The notes: a model not told the origin generated them from the sequence alone. A DNA stretch of 64,000 bases from Candidatus Sericytochromatia bacterium (GCA_037968875.1 JBBKWI010000139.1:884-64883), one strand, 5' to 3'. Positions 12,174 through 22,474 are shown, numbered from the stretch's first letter. Numbers and translations are program-made.

Positions 12174-12896
12174 ATGGCTCGCATTCTGATGGCCGATGAT
12201 GACCCCAGGATGATTGATTTTGTACGCTTAATTGTAGAGCTCGAAGGTCACCATCTGATCGCTGCCCACAATGGCCAGGCAGCCCTCGATAGTTTTGACG
12301 CTCAGAAGCCAGACCTGGTGCTCCTGGATATTATGATGCCGGGCATGTGTGGCATGGAAGTTTGCTCACGTTTGCGCGAACGCGACCCGCTGGTGCCGAT
12401 TCTGTTTTTGTCGGCCAAGCAGCAAGTCACCGATCGGATCCAGGGCTTGCACCAGGGAGCCGACGATTATATTATCAAGCCCTTCAATCGCCAGGAGCTG
12501 CTGGCACGAGTCGAAAGCGCCTGGCGTCGCAGTCAGGCCATTCGCAAGCAAACTGGCCTGACCACGCTTGAACGCCAGGTCAATGGCCTGGTGCTCAATG
12601 CTGACAGTCGCCAGACGCTTTATCACAGTGTGCCTTTGCAACTTTCACGCACCGAATTTGATTTGCTCTGGATTTTTTGTGAATATGCCGATCGGGTGCT
12701 GCAACGCGAGTTTTTGTTTGAGCAGGTCTGGGGTTATGCCTCAGACAGTCAGAGTCGCACTGTCGATAATTTCACTGGTCGCTTGCGCAAAAAGCTGCAA
12801 GCCGTCCAGAAGCTTAAACAGGTCTCTCACCCTACCATCGAGTCTGTCTATGGTGTCGGTTATCGACTGGTAAGCGCCCAGCAAGTTCCCAAATAA
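12174..12896 (+). CDS. OmpR/PhoB-family response regulator (orphan, no kinase in window)
   Basis: REC domain (DDD pocket, LLDIMMPGMCG, IIKPF) plus C-terminal winged-helix (RTVDNFTGRLRKKL). Confidence 0.85.
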   Translation: MARILMADDDPRMIDFVRLIVELEGHHLIAAHNGQAALDSFDAQKPDLVLLDIMMPGMCGMEVCSRLRERDPLVPILFLSAKQQVTDRIQGLHQGADDYIIKPFNRQELLARVESAWRRSQAIRKQTGLTTLERQVNGLVLNADSRQTLYHSVPLQLSRTEFDLLWIFCEYADRVLQREFLFEQVWGYASDSQSRTVDNFTGRLRKKLQAVQKLKQVSHPTIESVYGVGYRLVSAQQVPK

Positions 12897-13046
12897 GCAG
12901 ACTTTCAAAAACGACTTATTTTATCACTTTTTTTACAGAGGCTTTATTTTTTTTCTGCCTGGGCTGTGCTAACGTTGGATCCATTATGAACTGCAAAAAT
13001 TAAAATACTTGCAGCTAAATGGTTTTACACACAAGGAGAAGATCTT

Positions 13047-14741
13047 ATGAAAAGTAGCCTTCGCGTCCTGGCCAGCCTGGCCTTTATGAGTACTGTTATC
13101 GCCTGCCAACCCGCACCTCCGGTGGGCACCCCACCGGTGCCTTCAGCCTCGCCAACACCCGTGGTCACACCAACCCCGAGACCGACAGCACTCCCCACGC
13201 CAACTCCTGATCTCACCCCTACGCCAGTCCCGGGTCAGGAACGTCAGTTTGCAGCTATTTTGACGGGCAGCCAGGAAGTTCCTGCCGTCGGCGGCGCGGG
13301 TTATGGCACCTCACGCATCGTCTTAAATAAAGAAAGCAACACTGTTGAAATCTCCGTTGTGACCTCTGGTCTAAGCGGCCCGATCACCGGTGCTCATATT
13401 CATGCCGGCATCGCCGGTCAAAACGGCGACGTGGTCAAACCCCTCGCTATTCGTGGCAATGTTGTCACCGGCACCTGGCGTCTGAATGACACCGTCAGCC
13501 CGCTAACAGAAACCACCCTGGCCCAATTACTCAACGGCGAACTCTACGTCAATATCCACACCCAGGCCAATCCCGGGGGTGAAATCCGAGGTCAGGTTAC
13601 CGCGACTCAGGATGAGCTCTACCCCGTTTATCTGTCTGGCGATCAAGAAATTCCAGCGGTCGGCGGAGGTGCCATGGGTGCAGCCCTGGTGCGTATTGGC
13701 CCTGGCCAGAGCGAAGTCAAGATCGAAGGCTATGCCAATCAACTGACCTCAGAAATTATTGGCGCCCATATTCACAAAGGCGTTAAAGGTGCCAATGGTG
13801 CTGTAGTCAAGGCGTTAATTGTCGACAATAACAAGTTCTCAGTAACCTGGAAACGCAGCGATGCCACCAACCCACTGACTACAGAACTGCTGGCTGATTT
13901 GCGTGCAGGTAATTTGTATCTGAATGTACATACGCCCACCAATCCAGACGGAGAAGTGCGCGGTCAGGTGATGGCCTCTGCTCCATTGACCGTCAAAGCA
14001 GACAGTATGTTTGTGACTGAGCTCAGAGGCAGCAGCGAAGTCCCGGCGGTGAACAATGATGCTTATGGAGTCGCTGAACTCAAACTGAATGGCGATCGCG
14101 ACGAAGTTATGGTGGAAGTCACGACCTCTGGTCTGAGCGGCCCGATTACCGGCGCGCATATTCATAAAGGTCCGGCTAATGCCAATGGCGCAGTGGTCAA
14201 GCCTTTGACTATCAACGGCAATCGTTTGAGTGCCACTTGGAAAATGTCAGATAACCCCAACCCGCTGACCTTGACCCTCTTAAACGATCTCTTAACAGGG
14301 AATTTGTATCTCAATGCCCATACAGATGCCAATCCTGGCGGCGAAATTCGCGGTCAAATCATGAGTACCCAAAACAAAATCTACTCTGTGCTTTTAGAAG
14401 GTAATCAGGAAGTGCCTGCAGTCAATACCGACGCCAAAGGCTCAGCCTGGGTCATGATTTCACCAGATCACAGTCAGGTGACCGTTAAAGGTTACGCCCA
14501 TGGCTTAAGTGGCGTGATCACCGGCGCGCATATCCACGCTGGCCCACTGGGCTTAAGTGGCCCAGTCTTAAAACCACTGGTAGTCAATGGCAATGTCTAC
14601 GAGTTGACCTGGACCGCAACGGACGCCGTTGAACCTTTGACTGAAGAAAAAGTCAAAAAATTGATGAATGGCGAGTATTACATCAATGTACATACAGCAG
14701 CCAACCCCAATGGTGAGGTCCGCGCCCAAATCGTTGAATAA
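13047..14741 (+). CDS. Secreted lipoprotein with four tandem CHRD domains
   Basis: Signal peptide with lipobox (VIAC), Pro/Thr-rich linker, then four repeats of about 130 aa each carrying the CHRD signature (L.G.QEVPAV...GAHIH.G..G.NG.VVKPL...NLY.N.HT..NP.GE.RGQ). Confidence 0.8.
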   Translation: MKSSLRVLASLAFMSTVIACQPAPPVGTPPVPSASPTPVVTPTPRPTALPTPTPDLTPTPVPGQERQFAAILTGSQEVPAVGGAGYGTSRIVLNKESNTVEISVVTSGLSGPITGAHIHAGIAGQNGDVVKPLAIRGNVVTGTWRLNDTVSPLTETTLAQLLNGELYVNIHTQANPGGEIRGQVTATQDELYPVYLSGDQEIPAVGGGAMGAALVRIGPGQSEVKIEGYANQLTSEIIGAHIHKGVKGANGAVVKALIVDNNKFSVTWKRSDATNPLTTELLADLRAGNLYLNVHTPTNPDGEVRGQVMASAPLTVKADSMFVTELRGSSEVPAVNNDAYGVAELKLNGDRDEVMVEVTTSGLSGPITGAHIHKGPANANGAVVKPLTINGNRLSATWKMSDNPNPLTLTLLNDLLTGNLYLNAHTDANPGGEIRGQIMSTQNKIYSVLLEGNQEVPAVNTDAKGSAWVMISPDHSQVTVKGYAHGLSGVITGAHIHAGPLGLSGPVLKPLVVNGNVYELTWTATDAVEPLTEEKVKKLMNGEYYINVHTAANPNGEVRAQIVE

Positions 14742-14772
14742 GCCAAGTCACGCCGATTAACGATCAAATTAA

Positions 14773-14806
14773 GAGGAGAGCCTGAGGGTTCTCCTCTTTT
14801 GATTTT
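14773..14806 (+). terminator. Rho-independent terminator of the CHRD gene
   Basis: GAGGAGA-gcctgagggt-TCTCCTC followed by TTTTGATTTT. Confidence 0.75.
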
Positions 14807-14877
14807 CAGTCAATCACACCGCTTTCAGCCTGGACTGGCTATACTTAAAGAAAGACGCTACGAAAGAGAGACCGACC

Positions 14878-15108
14878 ATGTTAGAAGCCCAAGTGACCGA
14901 AATTGAGCACCGTCTGATGCGTTTAGAATCTCAATTGGCCTTTCAAGAAAACACGATTGCACAGCTCAATCAGGTCATTTATAGCCAACAACAAGAAATC
15001 GATTTGCTACAGCGTCAGTTCAAGCAAAAAAAAGAAGCCGAACAAAACCCAGTCGATGCGGGCATGATTCAAGATCTCTTGCGCCACGAAAAGCCCCCCC
15101 ATTATTAA
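14878..15108 (+). CDS. slyX: SlyX family protein
   Basis: 76-aa coiled-coil protein, RLESQLAFQENTIAQLNQVIYSQQQEIDLLQRQ matches the SlyX signature. Confidence 0.8.
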   Translation: MLEAQVTEIEHRLMRLESQLAFQENTIAQLNQVIYSQQQEIDLLQRQFKQKKEAEQNPVDAGMIQDLLRHEKPPHY

Positions 15109-15170
15109 CTGGAGCAAGCCCTCTCAAATCAAGCTAGCCCCCATTAAATAGCTATGGTATGCTATAGCTT

Positions 15171-15710
15171 ATGAAATGGACAAAATACTGCGTATCCGCT
15201 GCACTGGGCCTCAGCCTAAGTGCCTTACCACTGGTAGCACAAGCTCAGGTCTTTGATCAGATTCAAATCGATCAGATTCAACTGGATAGCTCTGTCACCG
15301 AACTGGCACAATTGGATCGCCGCAGCGGGCAACGTCTTGAAGATCTCAAACGGGATCCTGCCAAAGCAGCCCTGCTCTCAGCCCTCTATCCAGGCCTGGG
15401 CCATTTCTATATTGGCAACGATAATAACCGTGCCCTCTGGATCACTGGAGCAGGCACTCTGGTCATTGCCGGTAGTATTATCGGCTACGGCCTCTTAGCA
15501 GATCGCCCCGAAGAAGCCTCTGGCATGGGTAATACCCTGATCACCTTAGTCCTGGTGGGTTATCACCTCTGGAATGTGCGCGATGCCTATGTACAAACCG
15601 TGGACTATAACACCCTGCTCGAATCCCAAAATCGCCTCTCCTGGCTCGAACACCTGGATTTATCGATGCAACAAAACACCCTGTTCTTAACCTGGAAAAC
15701 CGTACTCTAA
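15171..15710 (+). CDS. Hypothetical secreted/membrane protein
   Basis: Signal peptide (ALPLVAQA), central hydrophobic block (LYPGLGHFYIGN...AGTLVIAGSIIGYGLL). Confidence 0.5.
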   Translation: MKWTKYCVSAALGLSLSALPLVAQAQVFDQIQIDQIQLDSSVTELAQLDRRSGQRLEDLKRDPAKAALLSALYPGLGHFYIGNDNNRALWITGAGTLVIAGSIIGYGLLADRPEEASGMGNTLITLVLVGYHLWNVRDAYVQTVDYNTLLESQNRLSWLEHLDLSMQQNTLFLTWKTVL

Positions 15711-15747
15711 ACCGCCACACCTAAAACGGCTACACCTGGAGCGATTC

Positions 15748-16980
15748 ATGAATCTAGATTTAATCAATATTGCAGAGTTACTCAGCTTTGACACCCCTGG
15801 TCAAAACGGCCCACTCAGCCCTTCACAATTAGAACATCATCAACCCTTGAAGCAAGCATTTGTATCGATCCGAGAGGGTAAAATCAGCGCCTATGGTCAG
15901 ATGACTGATTTTCAGGCTGAAGCCCAGACCCCACAAAAATCTCTGGTGGGTCAAACTGTCTTGCCTGGTTTTGTAGATCCCCATACCCATCTGGTCTTTG
16001 CAGGCTCCCGTGAGCACGAGTTGGTAGAACGTATTCAACGTCGCCGCGAGGTCAGCACAGGCCAACGCATGTCAGGTGGCATCAACTACACCGTCAGTCA
16101 AACCCGACAGGCTTCAGAAGCCGAACTGCTTGAGCTGGCTTGTCAGCGTTTGGATCGCATGCTGGCCCACGGGACAACAACGGCCGAAGCCAAAAGTGGC
16201 TACGGACTCTCCCTGGAGCAAGAGCTCAAGATTCTACGTGTCATGAAAGCAGCGAATCAACAACATGCCATCGATCTGGTGTCTACCTTTCTGGGCGCAC
16301 ACGCTGTCCCTCAGGGCACCGAAATGGCAGACTATGTTGAAGAGGTTCTGGCCATGATCCCAGTGGTGGCCGAACAAGGTCTGGCCGAATTTTGTGATGT
16401 TTTTTGTGAAGCGGGATTTTTCTCAGTCGAAGACAGCCGCCGGATCTTAAGCAAAGCAGCAGAGTATGGCCTGCGACTCAAGCTGCATGCTGACGAATTA
16501 GCCGCTTCTGGCGGCTCTGCCCTGGCAGCCGAGCTGGGTGCTGTTTCAGCTGATCACTTGCAATTTGCCGATCACGCCAGCCTCAGTGCCATGAAAGCGG
16601 CGGGCACGATTCCGGTCTTATTACCTGGGACTGCCTTCTATCTGGGGATCCCTTATGCCCAGACCGACCTGATGCGCGAGCTGGATATGCCCATGGCCGT
16701 GTCCACAGACCTCAATCCGGGGGGGTGCTACTGCGAGTCTCAGCTCTTTATGGTCGTGCTGGCCTGTACCCAAATGCAAATGCTGCCGATTGAAGCTCTG
16801 GCCGGGATTACACGCAATGCGGCTTATGCCATTGACCGGGGTGATCGTGCCGGTCAAATCGCCGTCGGGCGTGCTGCAGATCTGGTCGTAATGCAAACCC
16901 CCAGCGCCAATTATATTCCCTATCACTTTGGGGTCAATCTGGTCAAACAAGTGTATAAAAACGGGCTGGCACAGCTCTAA
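15748..16980 (+). CDS. hutI: Imidazolonepropionase
   Basis: Amidohydrolase fold with the HutI metal-binding pattern (VLPGFVDPHTHLVFAGSR, KLHADE, SDHL, STDLNPG); 410 aa. Confidence 0.85.
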   Translation: MNLDLINIAELLSFDTPGQNGPLSPSQLEHHQPLKQAFVSIREGKISAYGQMTDFQAEAQTPQKSLVGQTVLPGFVDPHTHLVFAGSREHELVERIQRRREVSTGQRMSGGINYTVSQTRQASEAELLELACQRLDRMLAHGTTTAEAKSGYGLSLEQELKILRVMKAANQQHAIDLVSTFLGAHAVPQGTEMADYVEEVLAMIPVVAEQGLAEFCDVFCEAGFFSVEDSRRILSKAAEYGLRLKLHADELAASGGSALAAELGAVSADHLQFADHASLSAMKAAGTIPVLLPGTAFYLGIPYAQTDLMRELDMPMAVSTDLNPGGCYCESQLFMVVLACTQMQMLPIEALAGITRNAAYAIDRGDRAGQIAVGRAADLVVMQTPSANYIPYHFGVNLVKQVYKNGLAQL

Positions 16981-17013
16981 ATAAAAGCGTGCCAATGCGC
17001 TGAAAGGAACACA

Positions 17014-17691
17014 GTGGCACTCATGCTCTTTAACGCCATCAACCTGTTGCTGTTTCTGGCTTTGTGCCTGATTGTCGGCTTTTGTTATTTGCTCGCTGGG
17101 CCGTCGTTACTGGCCCAGGTAACAGGAGGCGAGCACTGGTTTTTGCCTATCAACACAGCCAGCGGCCCGATCCCCGGATCAGAAATTTTGTTTCTTTTAT
17201 TAGTGGGGTTATTGCTAGCTTTCAGTCTTCAGATATTTAGTCAGGTCTTTCGCAGACAGTGGGATCTCAGCCTGCTACGCCGGGGCCTATCGCTCTGTCT
17301 AGGACTGATGCTCTGGGCGGTGATCGGTTATCAGGGATGGCTGCGACAGTCAGCCGCTGAGCAACAAATTAGCTGGTTGCAAGAACAGATAGAAGCCTTG
17401 CCCGCTCAGGCTAGCCCAGTACAGCTAGAGCAAGCTTTGGCTCCTTTTTTTAGTGCCCAGCCTCGTCTCAGTGCTTCGAGTTTATTACCCCTTGCCAATC
17501 AGAACAACGGACAATTACGCCTAAATCAGGGTTTGGCTGGCAGTTCTTTTTACGAAGTTCATACGCAGTTTAAAGCCCAAAAGCTCCAAAGCTGGCAAAT
17601 ACAGCATACACAGACCCTGAATCAGCAACGCCAATGTAATGTGATAGCCCCGGTGTCATCGGCAAAAACCACAGTCCAGACCTGCAAATAA
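17014..17691 (+). CDS. Hypothetical membrane protein
   Basis: Several TM helices in the N-terminal 130 aa, Gln-rich C-terminus. Confidence 0.45.
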   Translation: MALMLFNAINLLLFLALCLIVGFCYLLAGPSLLAQVTGGEHWFLPINTASGPIPGSEILFLLLVGLLLAFSLQIFSQVFRRQWDLSLLRRGLSLCLGLMLWAVIGYQGWLRQSAAEQQISWLQEQIEALPAQASPVQLEQALAPFFSAQPRLSASSLLPLANQNNGQLRLNQGLAGSSFYEVHTQFKAQKLQSWQIQHTQTLNQQRQCNVIAPVSSAKTTVQTCK

Positions 17692-17744
17692 ATTTGCTTT
17701 CGATAACCCGGAAATCAGCGGCACGGCCAAGCCCGAACAAATCT

Positions 17745-17832
17745 CACTCGCCAGAGCAAAAGCCTTTTCACCGATCACTGACGCCAAGTCTGGGATATCG
17801 GCAGGAGAATTGCGTTTTTTTTGCTCACATGC
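17745..17832 (-). pseudogene. Fragment homologous to the 3' end of the endonuclease I gene (duplicated gene end, no start codon)
   Basis: About 77% nucleotide identity to 18640..18727; translates to ...KRNSPADIPDLASVIGEKAF versus EndA C-terminus ...NRNPFVDIPDLASAIGEKAF. The reading frame is entered from a stop with no Met. Confidence 0.65.
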
Positions 17833-17835
17833 AGA

Positions 17836-18357
17836 CTAAAAGTTACCACTAAAGCTAATCACTGGCACTGAATAAATGTTATTTTGATTTGTGTCAACGC
17901 CATAACTAACATTGGTATTCTCTAAGCCGAGGCGTTTTCTCAAATCAGAATTATTCGTATTTGCATGCATTATTGGAGATACGACACCAATCACTCTTCC
18001 AATAGCATAAATCGGTATTGCCCATAGGGAGGCAAGCCCACTGAACCCACCTCCAGTTGATAGACCCATTCCTATCACAACCAGCGCAGCAATATCCACA
18101 ATAGAAATCAAGACTCCACCAATGGTGTCTCCTTGTTGAAACGAGCCTATTCCGAAAGGAAGGATATTGGTCAATACTGCTTGTAGGGGCTCTATTTTTT
18201 CAGCTTCATATCGTTTTAGAGCTGCTTGAGAGTCAATCTTTTGGTTCACAAAATCATTTTGAATGGTGATAACTTCAGATGCTGGATTCATCGTGCTAGC
18301 CCAGCCGGGTAAAGTGTACATAAGTACAAGGCTCAAACTGAGAATACATTTTTTCAT
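17836..18357 (-). CDS. Hypothetical lipoprotein with glycine-zipper segment, in a low-GC islet
   Basis: Signal peptide; GIGSF..GGVLISIVDIAALVVIGMGLSTGGGFSGLASLWAIPIYAIGRVIGV glycine-zipper; local GC clearly below the window average. Confidence 0.55.
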   Translation of the reverse strand: MKKCILSLSLVLMYTLPGWASTMNPASEVITIQNDFVNQKIDSQAALKRYEAEKIEPLQAVLTNILPFGIGSFQQGDTIGGVLISIVDIAALVVIGMGLSTGGGFSGLASLWAIPIYAIGRVIGVVSPIMHANTNNSDLRKRLGLENTNVSYGVDTNQNNIYSVPVISFSGNF

Positions 18358-18630
18358 AGCTGACTAAAACATCCGTTCCACAATATATATTTGGTTTTAA
18401 TAATTTTTTCGCTGTTGGAAGTGAAATTAGAAGCTTAAATTTCAATCCATGAGTGAATTGTATCGAATAAGTTACTGGATAAGTTGCATTTTGAATTTTC
18501 AGAAAGCAACACCGAAAAGCAATTCCTTTTTATTCTATTGCCGCTGTTATGCTGGGCCAGGTCATCCACATTTAAAACAAAAGCTTCGACCAAAATAATT
18601 GATCAAAGCTTTTGTTGGCAATAATGATTT

Positions 18631-19635
18631 TTAGAAGGTTTCTACAAAAGCCTTTTCGCCGATGGCTGAAGCCAGATCTGGAATATCGACAAAGGGATTA
18701 CGATTGTTTTGCTCACGGGCAATCTTCTCATGACGACTGCGCTCTTGGGCATCAACCGGATCAGCCTTGGCCCACTGGATATAAGTTTTGACCTGTTGAT
18801 CCCAGTAGACATCTTCTTTAAAGGCGCCTGTGCGAATATTCTCGTTGTGGTAGCGCAAGTAGAAGTAGAGCATGGCCCGAGCCGTATTGCCCTTTTGAAC
18901 ATCTGAGGGCTCAAAAATCGCCTGCAAGTCACGTCGCATGACGTCGTGTGGCTGCTGGTTCCAGGGCATATTGTACCATTGCTTGATATCCTGGGGATTG
19001 TGCTTACCAGTTTTGTCAATTACGCCCAGTTTAGAGCCATTGGCGGTTTGGTAGACAACGACACCTGTCGCCATGCCCAGGGGGTGGTTATTACGCATGC
19101 TATTGGGCTTGCTCAAGGTGGGGAAGAGGTGATGCATATCGGCTTTCATGGGAAGACGCTTGTCAAAGAAAGACTGGGGCCAGGTATGCTCGCAATTGAT
19201 AAAGTCGCCGCTCTGGCCATCGCGATTGGCATCGCCTTGCTCTTTGTAAGCATTGCCATTGTCACTGCGGCCGGGAATAAAAAGCTCTGAATAAGCGGCC
19301 ACCAAGCCTGGTGTCGTGCTGCTCTGAACCTGATCGGCATTACCATACATAAATGAGCGAGCGCCATTATACGAAGGTGTGCGACTGCCGTTGCTAATAA
19401 TCTTATGCATACTGGCAAACAAAGCATCACCCTGCTGACCCTGAGCCGCCTGATAATAGCTTTTCTGATCGGCTGGCAAGGGCGCAAACCAATCGCCTGT
19501 TGAAAAGCGTTGAAAATTTGCGGATTGGGCTTGTTGAGCAGACTGAAGGGGAGTGAAAGGACGCGGGGCAGAGCAAGAAACCAAAGTAAGGGCAAAAATA
19601 GAACTGGCAAATAAATGACGCAAAGCGAACTCCAA
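18631..19635 (-). CDS. endA: Extracellular endonuclease I (EndA/Vvn family)
   Basis: Signal peptide; endonuclease I motifs FINCEHTWPQSFF, HHLFP, and NTARAMLYFYLRY. Confidence 0.85.
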   Translation of the reverse strand: MEFALRHLFASSIFALTLVSCSAPRPFTPLQSAQQAQSANFQRFSTGDWFAPLPADQKSYYQAAQGQQGDALFASMHKIISNGSRTPSYNGARSFMYGNADQVQSSTTPGLVAAYSELFIPGRSDNGNAYKEQGDANRDGQSGDFINCEHTWPQSFFDKRLPMKADMHHLFPTLSKPNSMRNNHPLGMATGVVVYQTANGSKLGVIDKTGKHNPQDIKQWYNMPWNQQPHDVMRRDLQAIFEPSDVQKGNTARAMLYFYLRYHNENIRTGAFKEDVYWDQQVKTYIQWAKADPVDAQERSRHEKIAREQNNRNPFVDIPDLASAIGEKAFVETF

Positions 19636-19837
19636 TATTTGATTGTTAAATCTATATTAAGAGGTGAGCCCAGGTGATGTCAAGTAAAGAAAAACCGAAA
19701 GCCGTAATTAGAAATAGATTTAAATTACTGAAAATCAAAGAAAGTAACGAAAATAAAGCCCAGAAAGCGTATTTTAAACCGAGCTTAATGAGATGATTTT
19801 TCTCAGTTGAACTTTATTATCGAGCTGAGTTGTCAGC

Positions 19838-20692
19838 TCAGGCCGGATCGAGAACCAACTCCAATAGCTCCAGTTGATTGAGACTGCTATTGTTGATCAC
19901 ACTCGCTGAGAACGTCGTTTCCCGGGTTTTGAAACCGGCTTTGCTTGCTGTCAGGCGTAAAAAGACAGCGGTCGGTGCCTCAACTATCTCAAAGCGTCCG
20001 TTGGCATCGGATTTCAGCGAACTCAAATAGCCCAATTGGCCATCACGCTGTTTTAATGCAGCCCGAACCTCGACATCAGCTAAGGGTTGACCCTTTTGAT
20101 CGATAATACGGCCGAGCTGCCTAAAACTACGTTGGCAATCCAGACTTTTATTGACCCGAATCAAATCACTTGAATCCAGCCTGATCTCTGGTGTCTCAAT
20201 CACCCGAAAAAAGGGCGCTTTAGCAGTCAGCCCTGTCGTCAAACGATAGGTCTCGCTCAGGGAGCAACGGCCTTCTTGTTTTTTGCCTATCAGCAAAAGG
20301 GTATAAGAGTCCCCCGTCATCAATTCCGCCGGGTTGAGATTGACTTGCGCCGTCTCCAGCTGAAAAAAACGCTGACGATCACTGGGAGTGACTCCATCTA
20401 AACGTTCAAGAGGGCCTTTGTAAAGACTGATCTCAACGGGGTAATAAGGAGATAGCGGCAAGTCTATGGCATTTAATGCCAGCGTACTCACGGCCTGGGG
20501 AAGCGGAGTCGGAGTCGGAGCCGGGGTTGGCGTCGCTTCAGTGCTCACAGGTGAGGTATTGATATCCACCGTCGGCTGCGGATCAGGCTGGGTACCTGCA
20601 GGGGCGCCATTGCAAGCCAGCAGACTCAGGCCCAGTAAGACCATTCCCAGGCGGATCACGGGGTTAACAAATGCAGGGTGACGGTTTTTCAA
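19838..20692 (-). CDS. Lipoprotein with C-terminal carboxypeptidase-regulatory-like domain
   Basis: Lipobox LLACN, Pro/Thr linker, C-terminal GRIIDQKGQPLADVEV...DANGRFEI...ASKAGFK pattern. Confidence 0.55.
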   Translation of the reverse strand: MKNRHPAFVNPVIRLGMVLLGLSLLACNGAPAGTQPDPQPTVDINTSPVSTEATPTPAPTPTPLPQAVSTLALNAIDLPLSPYYPVEISLYKGPLERLDGVTPSDRQRFFQLETAQVNLNPAELMTGDSYTLLLIGKKQEGRCSLSETYRLTTGLTAKAPFFRVIETPEIRLDSSDLIRVNKSLDCQRSFRQLGRIIDQKGQPLADVEVRAALKQRDGQLGYLSSLKSDANGRFEIVEAPTAVFLRLTASKAGFKTRETTFSASVINNSSLNQLELLELVLDPA

Positions 20693-20888
20693 AAGCAGAG
20701 TCCTTCGCTAAAGCAATTATGAGTCAATATTGCTAAAGACGGTTCAGCATGAAATAAAGTTCCTGCTTCGGACCGCCACAAAGCCCTATTTTAACTGAAG
20801 TTTTATAGTCTTTTTACTGGCTTTTGAGCCCTCCTGGGCTAATCTATACTGAGATTCTATTTCTATTTATGAAACTGGAGAAAATGTC

Positions 20889-21422
20889 ATGTCAGAACCC
20901 AATAAGCACCTCAGCGCCGTCTTTGACAACCGCAAAACCGTACTGGAAGTCTTGCATCAATTGCAACAAGCAGGCATCGAGCAAGTCTCCGTGCGCTCCC
21001 GCGAGCCCCTGGAGCAGACTGCTGACGAGCTGAGAAATGATAACGGCAGCACTGAGAGCGCCCAGGCTTTGCGTGACAATACGCCCACCGAAGCCAACGA
21101 AGGCTTAGATCCGATTTCACTGTCGCTACCGCCAGTCAGTGAAGCCGAACACATAGAAGACGCAACCAGCCTGAGCGGACTCTACCGGGATCCGCTCACA
21201 GGCATGAGTTCAGAGACTGAGATCGATCGCGAAAGGCTGTCTTCTTTCCACCATATTTTAGAGCACAAGGGTCTAGACCATGCTCAGGCCGAAGCATATG
21301 AGAAGTCCTATGAAGCACACCACTATTTGCTATTGGTCGACGAGATCACCCACCCGGAGCGTCTCAAGCGCGCCAAAGAAATTATCCAGCAGAGCCAACC
21401 AAGTTTAAGCCATAGCTTTTGA
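20889..21422 (+). CDS. Hypothetical acidic protein
   Basis: 177-aa Glu/Asp-rich ORF, no motifs. Confidence 0.4.
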   Translation: MSEPNKHLSAVFDNRKTVLEVLHQLQQAGIEQVSVRSREPLEQTADELRNDNGSTESAQALRDNTPTEANEGLDPISLSLPPVSEAEHIEDATSLSGLYRDPLTGMSSETEIDRERLSSFHHILEHKGLDHAQAEAYEKSYEAHHYLLLVDEITHPERLKRAKEIIQQSQPSLSHSF

Positions 21423-21446
21423 GATTTTAAGCTTTTAGACTAGCGC

Positions 21447-22472
21447 TTAGTAGTAGAGCATCAACGGAATCTTGTTGAGATGGCGCAAGTCTGTATAAGT
21501 CAGGCTTTCCAGGGCCGCTGTGGGTGATAAATGATTAACCTGGGAAGAGATCATCGAAAAGATATCCTCAAAACCAGGTTGTGAATAATTTTTCACTTTG
21601 GCATCCTGACTGACCTTAGCGGCGGTTTTCAAGTCGGCCAGGGCCTGGTTATAGTCGCCCAATTTATCGAGCATTTTGTGTTTAAGGGCCTGGTTGCCTG
21701 TATAAATCCGGCCATCGGCCAGCTTGCGCACGTCAGGTAGAGGCATACTGCGACCTTCAGCCACAGCTTTTAAGAAATCCTGATAGGTGTCGTCAATCAG
21801 CGCTTGCAAGAGATTACGCTCGGCAGCAGTAGTGTCCCGAAAGGGAGAGCCAATGTCTTTGAACTCGCCACTCTTGATCACAGTGGTTTCAAGGCCGACT
21901 TTTTCAAATAAGCCTTTGACTTTGGTAAACTGGGCGATCACACCAATGCTGCCGGTTAAAGTCGCCGGGTTGGCATAGATTTTCTCAGCAGCACAGGCGA
22001 TATAGTACCCTCCGGAGGCGGCCACGTCTCCCATGGCAGCATAGACCTTAATGCCTTTTTTGCGAACACGCTGAATCTCATGGTAAACCGATTGACTGGC
22101 TGCAGCACTGCCACCGGGGCTATTGATTTTAAACAAAATGCCTTTGACACCATCTTTTTCGGCATCTCGGATCGCTTTCACAATACGATCGGCAGAACCA
22201 TTATTGGGGCCAGAAAAGCCTCCGCCGCCACTGGCATCATGTACGATCGTACCTTCGACTACAATCACAGCCATCTCAGATTTCTCTTGAAACATGGCTC
22301 CAAAACTAGAGCTTTCGGTTTCTTGGGTCGGCTGTGCTTTGGGACGAATGCCATAAACTAAATTGCCTACACCGGCGATCACACAGAAAATCAATAAACC
22401 CAGGGCCAGGCTCTGACTTTTTTTGTTGCGCTGCTCTAGAGAATCCGGCGCCAGGGGCGTTTGTTCCTGCAT
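21447..22472 (-). CDS. sppA: Signal peptide peptidase SppA (36K type, S49)
   Basis: N-terminal TM helix, S49 motifs GDVAASGGYYIACAAEKIYANPATLTGSIGV. Confidence 0.9.
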   Translation of the reverse strand: MQEQTPLAPDSLEQRNKKSQSLALGLLIFCVIAGVGNLVYGIRPKAQPTQETESSSFGAMFQEKSEMAVIVVEGTIVHDASGGGGFSGPNNGSADRIVKAIRDAEKDGVKGILFKINSPGGSAAASQSVYHEIQRVRKKGIKVYAAMGDVAASGGYYIACAAEKIYANPATLTGSIGVIAQFTKVKGLFEKVGLETTVIKSGEFKDIGSPFRDTTAAERNLLQALIDDTYQDFLKAVAEGRSMPLPDVRKLADGRIYTGNQALKHKMLDKLGDYNQALADLKTAAKVSQDAKVKNYSQPGFEDIFSMISSQVNHLSPTAALESLTYTDLRHLNKIPLMLYY

Positions 22473-22474
22473 AC

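Noticed and set aside
13025-13216. 63-aa minus ORF rich in Gly/Val/Thr
   Set aside because: Antisense of the Pro/Thr-rich linker of the CHRD lipoprotein.
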